From the human T2T-CHM13v2.0 reference genome, Homo sapiens, in the NCBI RefSeq assembly GCF_009914755.1, contig NC_060947.1: a stretch of 64,000 bases of DNA; one strand, given 5' to 3'. Of the stretch, positions 37,291-50,436 are shown one piece after another. The position numbers and the translations under genes were made by a program. Every line of letters starts with the position of its first letter. Within the stretch, counting starts at the first letter, position 1. The notes under the pieces are model-generated. The model was not told where the DNA came from. It did not search any database and was given only the letters and a program-made list of their open reading frames with translations.

Positions 37291-40200
37291 GAGTCATGGT
37301 CCTTGTCCTTGAGTTTACAGTCTGCACGGAGAGAAGGACAAAAAAAAAAGCACGGTAAACGCCAGCTGACTGGAACGTCTGCTCCGTGACAAATGCAGGC
37401 TTATCGGTGCTCACAGGAGGCAGGGATAGAGAGGGGCTGCAGTGCTCAGAATAAACTTCAAGAAGGGGCTGGAGGCGGGGGTGGGGGAAGGGGAGGGGCA
37501 CAGCGGGGGAGTTCGTGGAATTAGGATGGAATGTTGAGAGGACTGAAAGAGACAACACCCGTGGAGCAGGCAGCACCGTGCCCCGGCACAGAGAAATCCC
37601 TTCTTAATGTCTTTTCCTTGACTGCCAGCCTGGAGAGAAAGGTCAGTAACCCTGGCCTTTTCGATTGTCGGCGCATCCCGACGTGGGGATGGGGACCGGG
37701 GTGGAACGGGTGGGGGCGCTCTACCACGCATCGGGGCGCATTTATTGCACAATGATGGCGATAAAGGTTGCCGCTTGCCCAGCACCTACCCTGTGTAGTT
37801 CTATCCCTCCTGCGAAGCCAGGGGGAAATCTGCTTCCAGCCCTCCTTCTCTCTTCCTTGGGATCCCCAGCGCTACTTCCTGGCAGAGTGAGAGGGTTGGC
37901 CGCTGCTCCCTTTGGAGCAACCTCCTTTCTTCCATATCCCCACTACCTGTGGTGGGACCCAGGAAGGGGACAGTGGAGCCCTCCATCAACTACCTGCGGG
38001 GGTGATAGGGCAGATGCTGAGGGCACTTGGCACGACCGTGGCCACTCCATCCATCCGGAGACACCTCCACACTCTCCATCTGAGGTGCCTGCACCTTGCC
38101 AGGAAAGGAAGAGCCCGTGGGCGCAGAAGCACTCCATGGGTCAGGGCAGCTCGTTCTGCCCCGCCCCCACCTCCAACATTACCAGATCCCGCCCAGCAGG
38201 TTTAGCCCCTGAATCAGCAAAGCCAGGTTCCCTGCATGTTTGTGATGTGTCAAGAAGTGGTCCCCTTCCCTAAAGCCATGGCAAACCCAGTAAACACATC
38301 TGCTTCCCCTTGGGCAAGGCTGCTGCCGTGCCCGGTGCCCTCTCGGTCTCCCAGGGCTGCTGCTGTGGGTCACTGTGTCCTGGGCAGCCGCGATCTCTGT
38401 GGTGCTGGGCATTCTGCTTGTTCTGTTCCACACAGAACAAAGCTTTCTTTTCTTGTCTTATTCTCCCTTCCCCCCGCAGCTTGCCTTCCAGGTGGGTTAC
38501 AACTTTCCTGCTTGTACCATCTGCCCCACAGTCCATGCTGGCCAGACGGCCTGAGTGCCTGCCGGGTCCCCTGACCAACTCTGGGAAACCCTCCCACCTG
38601 GAATGGGGACCAGACCTCTTCCCAGGCCCTGGTGCCTGGGATGGCCAACAAGTGACTTGCAGTTGTTGTGACACCACATCCCCTGTCAAGGCTCACACTG
38701 CTGGGGCTTCCTTGGCTGGCTCTGGGAGCCCTGTCCCGGTTCCTAAGGGTTCCTAAGAGCTGTCAGAAGGACCACCCTTTCTCCCAAGCCAGCCGCAGTT
38801 TGGCTGGGCAATCTGATTTCAAAGGGGATTTCCCTGCAGACAGCTCCGCATGCACTTTTCCCAGTGGAGCCTGCTTCGCCAATGCTGTCTTTAGTGACAC
38901 CTCATTGCTCAGTCTCTTTGAGCACAAAGCCATCCTCCTAGCCTGTGGTCCCGAATTAGCATGCACCTCCCTACTTCCCTGCACGCTACCAAGTTTCCCT
39001 TTACGTGCGCTTGTCCACCATCGCTGAGGCACTTGACACCGTGAGGCCGCAGCTGAGTCCTAACTCAGGGAGCGCCCCAGAGGCTTTCTGCCCATCTCCT
39101 GAGCAAACTCTGTCACAGAAAAGCCCATCAGCGTCCAAGTGTCTCCACGGCGTTGTCTTGGCCCAAGTCAAAACCCTCCTGTCCATTTGCTGGCACTGCC
39201 CTCCCGAAAGCACTCACGCACAGCCCTTCTGTCCTGCCCCTCATCCCCTGACTGGTTGCAGTGCCTGGGTACGAGCCCAGTTCCCGTGGATTCTGCCTCC
39301 CTGGGATGCGCGGGGGGAGTCGGGAGCATGCCTGCCTCCCAGGGCCTGATCAAGACACTGAGAGGTTCTCAGCACTGGCAAGAGCGCCGGTGCCCCCATT
39401 CCATATGTAACGCAAACATAAAAACAGCCCTGAGCCATCAATCACAATGCATACCTGCCTGCTGCAACCAAAAGACAGCCTTTCTGGGCTTCCCCGTGGC
39501 AAACATTGGAAAAGGTCATCAATCCTGAGCTTGCCACATTCTGTGAGAAGTGCTCTGCCTTGATGGTGCCGCCCCAGCCTGAGCCCGTCTCTTGTGTCAA
39601 TCTGGAACTGCCGCCACAGGCTGTCTTCCACCTCCAGAAAGGGCCCTCAGTTTTGCTTCTCATCTATCTTATGAGCACGTTTCCATTTGGTGCCTGTAGG
39701 CACTGACTGACTTCCAGACCAACTTCAGGTGCCCTCCCCAGCCTGCTGCCTCTCCTAGGGATTTTGTGGTTTGCCACCCCCACCCCGCCCCCCTCCAGGT
39801 GAGTGCACACAAGGTTGCAGACAACCAGCTTCCCGGCAGGCACGTCCTGTCTCAGACACGGGACCCTCACCGGGGTGCTATGTGTCACTCTCAAAGCAGT
39901 ATCCACCACGATCCCCTTACTTTTAAGTGCCACCCTGGACCAGCATAGCCCTCACCCAGTCCGTCCCTCTGACGATGCACCACTGGGCTAAGAGTTGGGC
40001 AGCTGTGGCAAGGGGTTGCTCTTGCCTCTCTTCTGAGGGACACTGGCTGCTCTATGATGCAGATGGGCACTGCACCAGAGTCCAGCAGAGTGCTGCAGAG
40101 GGCCGGCCCTTGCCCCGTCTGTTACAGACGCCAGATGTGTCTTCTCACTGGCTGCCACTTCCCTACTCTCTCTGCTCATGGCCTCCTTTCCATCCTGGAG

Positions 40201-40603
40201 GTCCATTTTCCCTTATTGCCTCTTGTTTTGGTGTGAGGTTTAGGACAGCCTTTCCCACTTTCCCATGAACACAGTCTCCTTGGCAGTTTTCTCGTTCTTT
40301 CACACCTTTCTATTCAGAGTTTTGTCTCATCGATCTGCCTGGAATTTACTTTTGTGCAAGGTGAGAGACAGTGATGTGACTTCACTTCTTTTCCCGCATG
40401 ATTAGCCGATGAGCCCAGCACCACTGGTTGAGCACTCCGTTCTAGTGCTGTCTGTGGCACTTTCTGGGATCCTCATGCGCCCAGCTGCACACCCGCTCTG
40501 TGGTTTCCAGGCATTAAAGTTTCTCCTGAGGCACATCCCTTTCCCTCAGGAACCTCTTACTGACTTGGAGTCCCTCAGCTCACTAAGTGGCCTAAGGCAG
40601 GTG

Positions 40604-40650
<47 letters not shown>

Positions 40651-40814
40651 GGTGGAGAGAGCTGTGTTGGTGCTTGTGAGCAAGCCTCTGCTCCAGGTAC
40701 GTTCTCAGGACGTATTGCGGCCCACAGGAAGCTTAGGAACTCTCATCCCGCCGACCTTTGCATCATGGCAAACTGGGCACTGGTCTCTCTCCTCTCCCAA
40801 ATTACTATATCTGT
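36143..40814 (+). repeat. Left arm of a ~4.67-kb inverted repeat (segmental duplication)
   Basis: Every ORF here has an identical mirror ORF at coordinate sum 91040; differences seen are a SNV at 36164 and (GT)22 vs (AC)25. Confidence 0.97.
40606..40649. repeat. (GT)22 microsatellite in the left arm
   Basis: Read directly from the sequence. Confidence 0.95.
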
Positions 40815-41200
40815 GCAAGACAAAAGCAATTTCCTTTTCTAAGTATAGAGTTGCTGTACTGTCCCATATGGTAGTCATTAGCTACACTTGAAATAAGATT
40901 CTTGTAACATGTTGCAACCATTGCAAATGTTTTCACTCACCCCATCTCTTGATATTTTTGTGTATGCGTGATTCATTTCATCGCTCAGGAAATTGGGTTT
41001 TCTGCTTCTGTCAATATTTTCCTTTTAGGACTTCTATATGTACTGTTTTCTTGCTTCCTCTTCCCTTCCTTCCTTCCTTTCTTTTTTTTCCATGACAGCC
41101 TTTCCTTCTCAAAGTTATAAGAAAAACTTTTGCCTATTTCCTTAGAAGGAATACAAACACAGTATCTTTTTTACAGTTAGCTTCATTGTTAACCTACTAG

Positions 41201-41202
<2 letters not shown>

Positions 41203-41237
<35 letters not shown>

Positions 41238-41252
41238 TGTCTGTCTGTCTGT
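41203..41252. repeat. (GT)17(CTGT)4 compound microsatellite
   Basis: Read directly from the sequence. Confidence 0.9.
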
Positions 41253-42878
41253 CCATACAGTTTGAGGTAGATTTTCTATCTTAATTTTCTCTAAATATAT
41301 TATTAATTATACTAATGTCATTTATTGTAGAACACACCGTTTATGTTTTGATTGAAATCATATTAACTTTATGGATCAAATTGGCAAGGATTGGCGTCTT
41401 AGAATTTTATCTAGGTACAACTATTTAGACCTTTTCGTCACTTGTGATATTTTCTTTATAAAGATCATTCACATTTCTTTTTGGGGTTATTCCTAAGGAT
41501 TTATCTGTTTTTCTGTGTGGACATGATATTTACCTTGTCCTATAAGAGTGCTTTTTTGACTCTGCTGTCCTCATCCTACATGCCAGCACACAGGCCATAT
41601 CTTTGGCTTCTACTGCTTTGAGAATAGCAATGAAAAAATTGGACAGTGAAGTGCCTCACCATTGCTACTCTCAAAGAGGAGGGAAGGAGGAAAAAACAAA
41701 GCATTTGGACCTAGTGTTCTACAAATGTTCTTTTCCCAGAAATCTTTCTAAAGACCCTTTCCCTGCCTTCATTTTATTTTTATGTTGTCTTTCTCCCCGA
41801 CTCCCCTGGCAGTGGAGTAGTCCAAACTAGTTCTTCTGGTTTATTCAATCATGTTTCTTTCGACCCTGGCAAGGTCTTTATTAAGTCTAGCCATCAGTAT
41901 TCTATTGTTCTTTGTTCTCAAATATCTGGATATGGGATAATTTTGAAGGAAGGAAAGGCAATTTGATGGCTCAAGCTATTACCACGATTAAGCACTCCAG
42001 ATAACCGTGTTACACAACCCTCCTCTGAATAAATATTTGCATCTCACAAAGACCAATTGTCAATACGTAGATCTATATCCAGTGTTCTGTATTTTTAATT
42101 ATCCAGTCCTTTGAGTTGGGTAGTAGATGAAGTTGGCAACCTCCCCTCACCTTGGGATGGGGCATGGAGGTAAGGGAAGTGTTGGGAGATGTTATCACCA
42201 GCCTTCTCTCACAGCCTTTTCTAGCCTTACACTTGAGCTGTCCCATGTTAGACTCAGCATTTTTTCAGCTTGTGCCTATGGAAGTGAAGAAACTAACCCC
42301 AATACTCTTAAATTTCCCAGTAACTTATCTGGTCATACCTGATACCCACCACTCTCTACGGTTTCAATTTGGGAATTGATTTGAACCAGGACACATGAGA
42401 TTGGCTGTTTTTTCCTCATCTTTCCTCTCTCCTTTCCACTAAGTTTCTTTCTGATAAACATTTCCTTTAGGTCCTGAGTTCTCACTACCTTTGGCTTATA
42501 TTAAAGATCTTTGGTCAGAATCTCCCAGGCCTGGTTACCAATATGTAATGGCAGCTTTTGGAATTCAGGAAAACTTGAAATTGATGGCTATGAATTTTTA
42601 AAATTAGCTTTGAGAACTCAAAGTTTCTTGAGCAAGGTACTGGCAGTACCTTTCTGCTTCTTATAAGCCATAGGGTCCATTGAGTTGCTGTCAACTTGTA
42701 CATGATTCTTATTTTTGAGAAATATACAAACAGAGAAATATCCTAATTACTTAGTCTTGATGGTGAATAATGAAAATGGGGAGGCACACAGGGGGAACAT
42801 TGACAATGAGAACATTGCCCTGTACCCTTTGCCTCAGTTTTCAGGAGGATAGAACAAAGACAGATGTATGTGGAATGA

Positions 42879-43270
<392 letters not shown>

Positions 43271-45059
43271 TGCATTTTATCTTATTTTTAAACTTAATTT
43301 GTTTTTAAAAACTGGTAACACATCCTAGTGGTTCAAAATTCAAAAGATAACAAAGGGTATACACGTAAAAATCTTTTAACCCCCTCTCTTACCAACTACT
43401 TGCTTCTCTCCCACCAGAAGCAGTTTCTAATGCATTATTCTAGAGATATTACACAGGCACACATAAACACACAAATAAACACACATACACACACACACAG
43501 CAATATGTTAATAACCTTGTAAATCCTTGGTTATCACTAGATTAAAAATTTGCTTTTCACTTTATAGATGAATAGTATTTTATTGCATGAATGTGTCATA
43601 ATTCCTTAGTCCCCTGTTTGTGAATATTTTGTGTGTGTGGTTTTTTTTTTCATTTTTCTTGCTATTATGAATAATGCTTTAAGGATTAACTTTATACACA
43701 TTTAGTCCTCTGCCCTACTCCCTTTCCTCTTTTCATGCACTTTTAGTTGATTAGATTATATTTCTTAGTGTTTATCTTTATACTATTCAATATACTTATA
43801 TCTGTATCACCATATTTGTCTGGTTTAGATGGTATTTTTGACCTCAGTCATTAAGGATAAGAAAATCAACATATTTACATTACCTCCCACCTTGTTTTTC
43901 TTTCCTCTTCCAATTGTTGTTCATTGTATAATTGCTTCTCCATCTGAGTGTATCACCATTACATTCATTCTGTAAACATAATCACCACATTTGTTTTGGT
44001 CTTAGTCCTAAATGTACACAGATTTGACACTAATTACTATGCTTTTGCCATGGTTTCTCTCTTCCTTGTGCTTCTGCCATTTTTGCTTTCATCTCTGTGA
44101 TTGTTAAATTTCTTTTTTCACATTCTTCACAGAAGCCTCACAGATCACATTTCTTCTCATTCTTATTTTGCCACTCCTTTCTTGAGCTCTTGCTTACTTG
44201 CTTTATTAAAACTTTCAAATTCATATGAAATATTTGGTGAAAAATTTCATCTACTTTATGGTAACATTTTTCAGATGACTTTTCATCATCTGCCATTTAG
44301 TTTTCATGTCCCTTTTCTCTCTTTTTCATGTATTATTTGTGTTTACCTTGTATGCCAGTTTCATTTTAATTCACCATATTTAAGAAATATCAGGTTTTCT
44401 CAAATCAGTTATTTGCAGATAGTTCTTCTAAGATTAGGGCCAGCATTGTTTCCCCTAATGTAAACAATTTTCCTTGTGGCCCAAGTCATTATAAAGAGGT
44501 AGCTGGGGCTTTGCAAGACAGCTGGGGCTCTCTCCTGCTAGTCAGGGGCAGGGTCAACTACAATGTTACCAAGGGAACAGATTGCTTCGTGCAAACATGA
44601 CCTGTCTCTGTGATTTCTTCATCTCAATCTCTTTCTGCTTCTTATAACCCATAGGGTCCATTGAGGTGCTGTCAACTTGTGCATGCTTCTTATTTTTGAG
44701 AAATATACAGTCTCTCTCTTTTTGGGATTTGGTGTTACTGAGTGAGTGACTCAAGAGTGCAGCTAGGGAGTTTCTGGAAAATTAACTGAACAGATTATAA
44801 AGTATAAAACCAATTTACAAATCTGAGGAGACACTCTCTGTGAAGGAGTCAGAACCCAGAATATTGAGAAGCTTGGTTTGGACAGAGCCTCTAGTAAGAC
44901 CCACAATGGCAAACAACTTCATGTTCTCTGTCATCCTTCTTGAACGTTCTTACTACACGGTACAGGGAGCAAAGGAACTCAAAACAGTTTCTTCCTGTTC
45001 TTGCAACTAAGCTCATGCGAAATAAGAGGAAAATGGAGGACATTGAAGATGCTTTAATC

Positions 45060-45860
45060 ACATCCCACTGCATCTGTAGGTGAAGTGGATTTCCATTATT
45101 AATTTTTATACCATTCATCACACTCCATTGTAAATTCCTATTTTCTTTGACTATATTTTCTACTAGATAATAAGCTGTATTAACACAAGAATGGTGTCTG
45201 TTTTGTTTACTATCGAATCTCCATCTGCCTGGCACATAATTAGTGCTCAATGCCTACTCTATTTGATCATCGAGGCCTGAAGCTGCAGTTCTGGTTCTGG
45301 AGAGTAGTTTGTGCTTATTTACATGTTTTTGAAATGGCTTCAATAAATGTGCGTTATTTTTGCAAAGATACAATTTGTTTTTAAAAAATCTTAAACCATA
45401 TTTACAGTATAGTCCTAATTAATTTAAAAATTAAGATGCATAAAACAGACTAAAATATTACACACTCAGTATACTGCTGTTCCTTGGGGTCCTGTTCTCA
45501 AGTCTCTTCTTTTTCCAGGAATCTCATCCACTGCCATCGTTTCAATTATCATCTATATATTAATGACTCACACATCTATATATCTGAAGTTCAAGATTAA
45601 TTTATTTGATGCCTACAGCTTACATATCTCACAGATATTTCATGCTCAACATATTTGAAATTGGAGCCATTATTCCCTGCTCCTACAACAAAACTATTTC
45701 CCCGCCTGTATTCCCTGTCTCCGTGAAAACAACCATCATCCACCCAGTTGCACATGCCAGAACCCTAATCATTATTGACTCTTCCGTCTTTTTCACTCTA
45801 TATTGCCAGCTTGTCACAAAGCCCCATTGATTCTACCTCAGTAATGTTTTTTAATAAATA
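45060..45860. mobile_element. L2 fragments
   Basis: L2 3'-end motif (GCCTGGCACATAATTAGTGCTCAAT) and L2 body motifs (TTCAATTATCATCTATAT..TAATGACTC, ACCATCATCCACCCAGTTGC.CA.GCCAGAA); boundaries approximate. Confidence 0.55.
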
Positions 45861-46018
45861 TTAATATGTATCAAAACAATACATACACTTGACAAAAACT
45901 CTATAGTACAGAATTTATAATAAAAACGGTTTTCCCTTTTGAACTTGCCTAGACTCAGTATCACTTTCTAGAATGCCAAACTTTTCTCAACTTTTCTGAT
46001 TTTTAACTCCTTATGATG

Positions 46019-46200
46019 CAGTGGTTCTCAACTAGGAGTGATATTGCTCCGTAGGGGACATTTGTCACTGTTCAAAGACATTTTGGTTGTCACAACTGGG
46101 GGAAAGAGTGCTACTGGCATCTTGTAAGTAGAGACCAAGGATCCTACAATGCACAGGACAGTCCCTGGCTTAAAATGTTAATAGTGCCTGGGAAATCCTG
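46019..46200 (+). mobile_element. MER20 (hAT-Charlie) DNA transposon fossil
   Basis: CAGTGGTTCTCAAC...GGGGACATTTG...TGGTTGTCACAACTGGGG...TGCTACTGGCATC...CCTACAATGCACAGGACAG. Confidence 0.75.
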
Positions 46201-47516
46201 TTCTTGTGGTTATCGTCAAGACTTCTAAAATACACTTGTATTCCTAATGAATTTTTGATATGAAAATAAGACACTTTAGCTCATTTATATTATCATACTT
46301 TCTCCCCCTCTCTTATTCCCATTTTTATAGCATTATTATTATTTTAATTTAATCATGCAGTCCACAGATATTTCTTGAGCACCATTGTGTGCCATTGAAA
46401 TTTGGTAGTGAGCAGGGCAGAGGTAGCCTTTATTAAGCTTGTTTTCCTGTGAAAGAAGCAGGCAATAAAAATAAAACACATAAAGTAGCTAAACTTAACT
46501 TTAACTAATATACACATAACTTTATTTTATTTCATAAACTTCCACTAGTATTTCTTTACTTTGCACTTTGTAAAATGAGGATATCCATTCCACTATTCTT
46601 TCTTCTGCCTTTTATCATCTTCTATATCCCACATTCTGTCAGCTACACTGAATCACATGTCTACTTAAAATCTCATCCCCACAGGTGATATGTGAATCAT
46701 TTTCTAAAACTATGCAAGATGGGTTCAAGCGCTAGGACACTACTTGGCTCAGCAATGGGCAGCATTTATGTAGTCATAATAAACTAAACACACTTCATGG
46801 TTTTCAATGTCTAGAGTTGAAAGCAGAAAGCTTTAATGGGAGAAAGACCTGGCTGTTACAGAACAGAATATAAAAGTAAACTGGAACTTAGCTGCATGCA
46901 GATGGTTATATAAAGCAGGAAGTTCAACTGCATTCTCTCCATTAAAGAGGCAAGCTCCCTTTGATTTTATGATCGCATGGAGGTACCCTTTTGAGGATAA
47001 TATCACATGATTAGTGTTCACATATCTCAGATGCTTTCACAAGTTCAACCTAAGCCTTTCTTGGGATGTAGAAGGGTTGCCTTCATATCCATTTGGTCAC
47101 TTCAGACTTCTCTGGGAGCCACGTAACCGTCGTCTACTTATGTAATACCTTCTGGTGTAGTACAGCTAGGTGCAAGGTAGAAATAAACTATATCACGTTA
47201 TGAATTCATCTTACCCTGGGAATATTTACCTGAATCACTCTTAGTAAGTTGGGAGCTAGTTCAATCCTGCCCCATCTTATGTGCCCAGGTCAGATTCAAG
47301 AGACATCTGGGATTAGGTTATGATTTAATCAAGCCCACTATAGTTGTTTAGAAATATTCCAGCTCAAGGCTCTTGAGTCACGTAAGGGGGACTGTTCTTA
47401 CATTCAAGACTTAATAGATTCTTTTTCCTTATATTCCATCAAAATGCTGAATTCATTCTGTATCTTAATTTGCTGCACTTTTGGAGCAAGTACATATTTT
47501 TGTTTTGTTTTGTTCA

Positions 47517-48180
47517 TCTGTTGTCTATTGTTAAATTAAAAAAAAACACTCCAAAACTCAGTGACTTTAAATAGCCATCTTATTTGCTGGTTATTTTGTG
47601 GATTGGTAGTTCGTATTGGGCTTATCTGGTTAGTTCTTCTGCTAGTCTTGCCTGAGGTTTTTCATGTGGCTAAAGTCAGCTGGCAGATTAGCTGAGGACT
47701 GGTTTTCCTGTAGCTAGGATTGCTATATCCAGCAAATTAAAATACAGTATGCCCAGATTAATTTGAATTCAAGATGAACAATTAATATTTTTAAAGTATA
47801 AGTATGTCTCATATAATATTTGGAAAACACATACACTAAAATTTATTTGATATTCAGCTGAAATTCACATTTAACTGGGATTCCTATATTTTATCTGACA
47901 ATTCTTTCTAGGATTCCTCAGTTGAAACAGTTCATCTCTGTTCTATGTGGTCTCACCCTCCACAGGTTAGCCTGGGCAGCTCCACACATGGTGGTTTCAG
48001 AGCAGAAAGAGTGCAAGTCTCACTGAAAATGCTCTGTCCAGGCCTCCTCTTTTGTCATGTTTCCTAACATTTAAACTGGCCAAAGCAAATCACGTGGCCA
48101 GGCCCAGAGTCAATGCGGGAGGGGACTATACAATGGCATGGATACAGGGAGGCATGGTTTATTGAGGGTCATTACTGTAA
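47517..48180 (+). mobile_element. MLT1-like (MaLR) LTR interrupted by MER53
   Basis: CACTCCAAAACTCAGTGACTTTAAA, GGCCAAAGCAAATCACGTGGCCAGGCCCAGAGTCAA and GGCATGGATACAGGGAGGC motifs. Confidence 0.6.
47715..47905. mobile_element. MER53-like palindromic hAT MITE
   Basis: AGGATTGC...AAATACAG.ATGCCCAG.TTAATTTGAATTC...TTTTAAAGTATAAGTATGTC ... ACATACACTAAAA...CTGAAATTCACATTTAACTGGG..TCCTATATTTTATCTGACAA, with dyad symmetry. Confidence 0.7.
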
Positions 48181-48478
48181 TATTTTCTTAGATGATCTTC
48201 TAATTGTTTTTCTTCCCTTATTTGCTTTTATTGCACCCTCTAGTTTTTCTAACCTCTCAATTCATTTTACCAAGTCTCCTTTTATTCATGAGTTCATCTA
48301 CTACCCTAAATCTTCTATCATATTGCTCCACTTTGGTCTAGTTAATCAGGACCTATTATTTGACCATCACCTTAAAAGTAACCTTTATTACTTTTCCAAG
48401 TTGGGATCACTATTTCCTGGATTCCATATTTACTTTTCAATTGATTACTACCTCATTTTGTGGGAGTACATGTTCAAA

Positions 48479-48536
48479 CAATTTTCTAAGGAAAATTCTA
48501 CAGGAGATCAATTTTCTAAGGAAAATTCTACAGGAG
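48479..48536. repeat. Perfect 28-bp direct repeat, 2-bp gap
   Basis: CAATTTTCTAAGGAAAATTCTACAGGAG at 48479-48506 and 48509-48536. Confidence 0.9.
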
Positions 48537-49231
48537 GTAAATTTTATGAGTAATTTCAGTCCTGAAGACATCTTTATTGTCACTATATATTTGCCTGATA
48601 GTATGTTTAGGAATAGAATACTAGAGAAAAGCATATTCTCTAAGGATTTCAAGGCATTTATACATCGACATTTATCATCAAGTATTATGACTAGGAAGTC
48701 TGATGCCAGTTTGATTTGTAGGTGGCATTCCCCTTATCCTGGGAAGTTTTAGGGTCTCCTTTCAGTCCTTATTATCCTAAAATTTCTTGAGAATATGTCT
48801 AGGTGAAGGAATTTTTTAAATTAATTGTATTGGGTACACAATACATCTTTAGTTTTAATTTAAAAAAAGATATACAGAGAAAAAACAATGAGGATCTATG
48901 TATACATCATCCATAATTAGCAATGCTAATGCTTTCTTTATGTTTGTTTATAATCTTTTTCTTAATAGATAAAATTAAATTGCATATATTGTTGGAGTCA
49001 CATTCTCCTCCAGCCGTTCCCAGAGGCAACTGATATTGCAAAATTGATGTGCGTCTTTCAGTGTCCATTTTAAATTTTGCTATAAATATATGTATCAATA
49101 TAACATATAGTTTCATATGTTTAAAATTATATAAATGGCATTATACTATGTCTTTCTGCAAATTGATTATTTCATTCAACATTAGGTTTCTGAAAACTGC
49201 CTAGCTTGATACATAGAGATCTAGTTCACTC

Positions 49232-49539
49232 TTTCTTTTTATTTATTTATTTTTTTGAGATGGAGTTTTGCTCTTGTTGCCCAGGTTGCAGTCCAATGGC
49301 GGGATCTTGGCTCACTGCAACCTCCGCTTCCTGGGTTCAAGCGATTCTTCTGCCTCAGCCTCCGGAGTAGCTGAGACTACAGGAATGTGCCACCACACCC
49401 GGCTAATTCTGTATTTTTAGTAGAGATGGGGGTTTCTCCATGTTGATTTGGCTGGTCTCAATCTCCCGACCTCAGGTGATCCACCCACCTCGGCCTCCCA
49501 AAGTGCCGGGATTACAGGCGTGAGCCACCACGCCCGGCT
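49232..49539 (-). mobile_element. AluS (AluSp-like)
   Basis: Full reverse Alu; TSD GTTCACTC at 49224-49231 and 49540-49547. Confidence 0.9.
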
Positions 49540-50383
49540 GTTCACTCATTTTTAATGCCTATAAATTCTATTACATAAACATGCCACATATTATTTATTC
49601 AGAAACCTCCAGTAAACACCAGCCTTACACTGAAACATCAACCATTAAAATCAGAAATGAGACCAATATGTGCCGTATCATCAATACTGTTTTTCTGGAG
49701 GTCCCTGACAGTGCAATGAGATAAGTAAAAGAAATGAACTAAAAACTATTGAATAGGAAGAGCTAAAACTGTCATAATTTGTACAGTACGTTTATCTACT
49801 TAAGAAGTCAGAAAGAAAAAAAGAGACAATATAATAAAATTAATGAGATTTCACCGAAAGAGTCTGACTATAGAATGACAATGCTACATCAACAGCTTTT
49901 ACAGAAACCTGCAATAATTGCCTTTTAGTAAATTTATTTTCCAATAGGACATGGATACATAAGTACAAAATTCAAGAGGCACAAAGGACAGAAAAAGACA
50001 ATTAAGTGAGTTATTGATCTTTTCACTTGCAAATCTAATATATAATACATGCTACGAGCCAAACAAAAAAACCAAAGCGACCTATTCATTGTGCATCATT
50101 CCAGAGATACTCGACACTATGTTTAGGAAATGTATAATCACATAAAACAGTATATAGTGTTATAGGATATATAATATTTACAATTATACACACAGTACAC
50201 TGTTCTGCAACTTTTCTGTACAGATATAGTAATTTGGGAGAGGAGAGAGACCAGTGCCCAGTTTGCCATGATGCAAAGGTCGGCGGGATGAGAGTTCCTA
50301 AGCTTCCTGTGGGCCGCAATACGTCCTGAGAACGTACCTGGAGCAGAGGCTTGCTCACAAGCACCAACACAGCTCTCTCCACC

Positions 50384-50384
<1 letters not shown>

Positions 50385-50434
<50 letters not shown>
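50385..50434. repeat. (AC)25 microsatellite in the right arm
   Basis: Read directly from the sequence. Confidence 0.95.

Positions 50435-50436
<2 letters not shown>

Noticed and set aside
36953-40891. Dozens of overlapping 60-200 aa ORFs in the arms, mirrored at 50086-54087
   Set aside because: They occur on all frames, as expected in GC-rich DNA, and have no recognisable domains. Their identity between arms reflects the duplication, not selection.
46680-47500. Unique spacer sequence tested as a possible pseudogene remnant
   Set aside because: Hand translation of several frames gave frequent stops and no recognisable protein motif.
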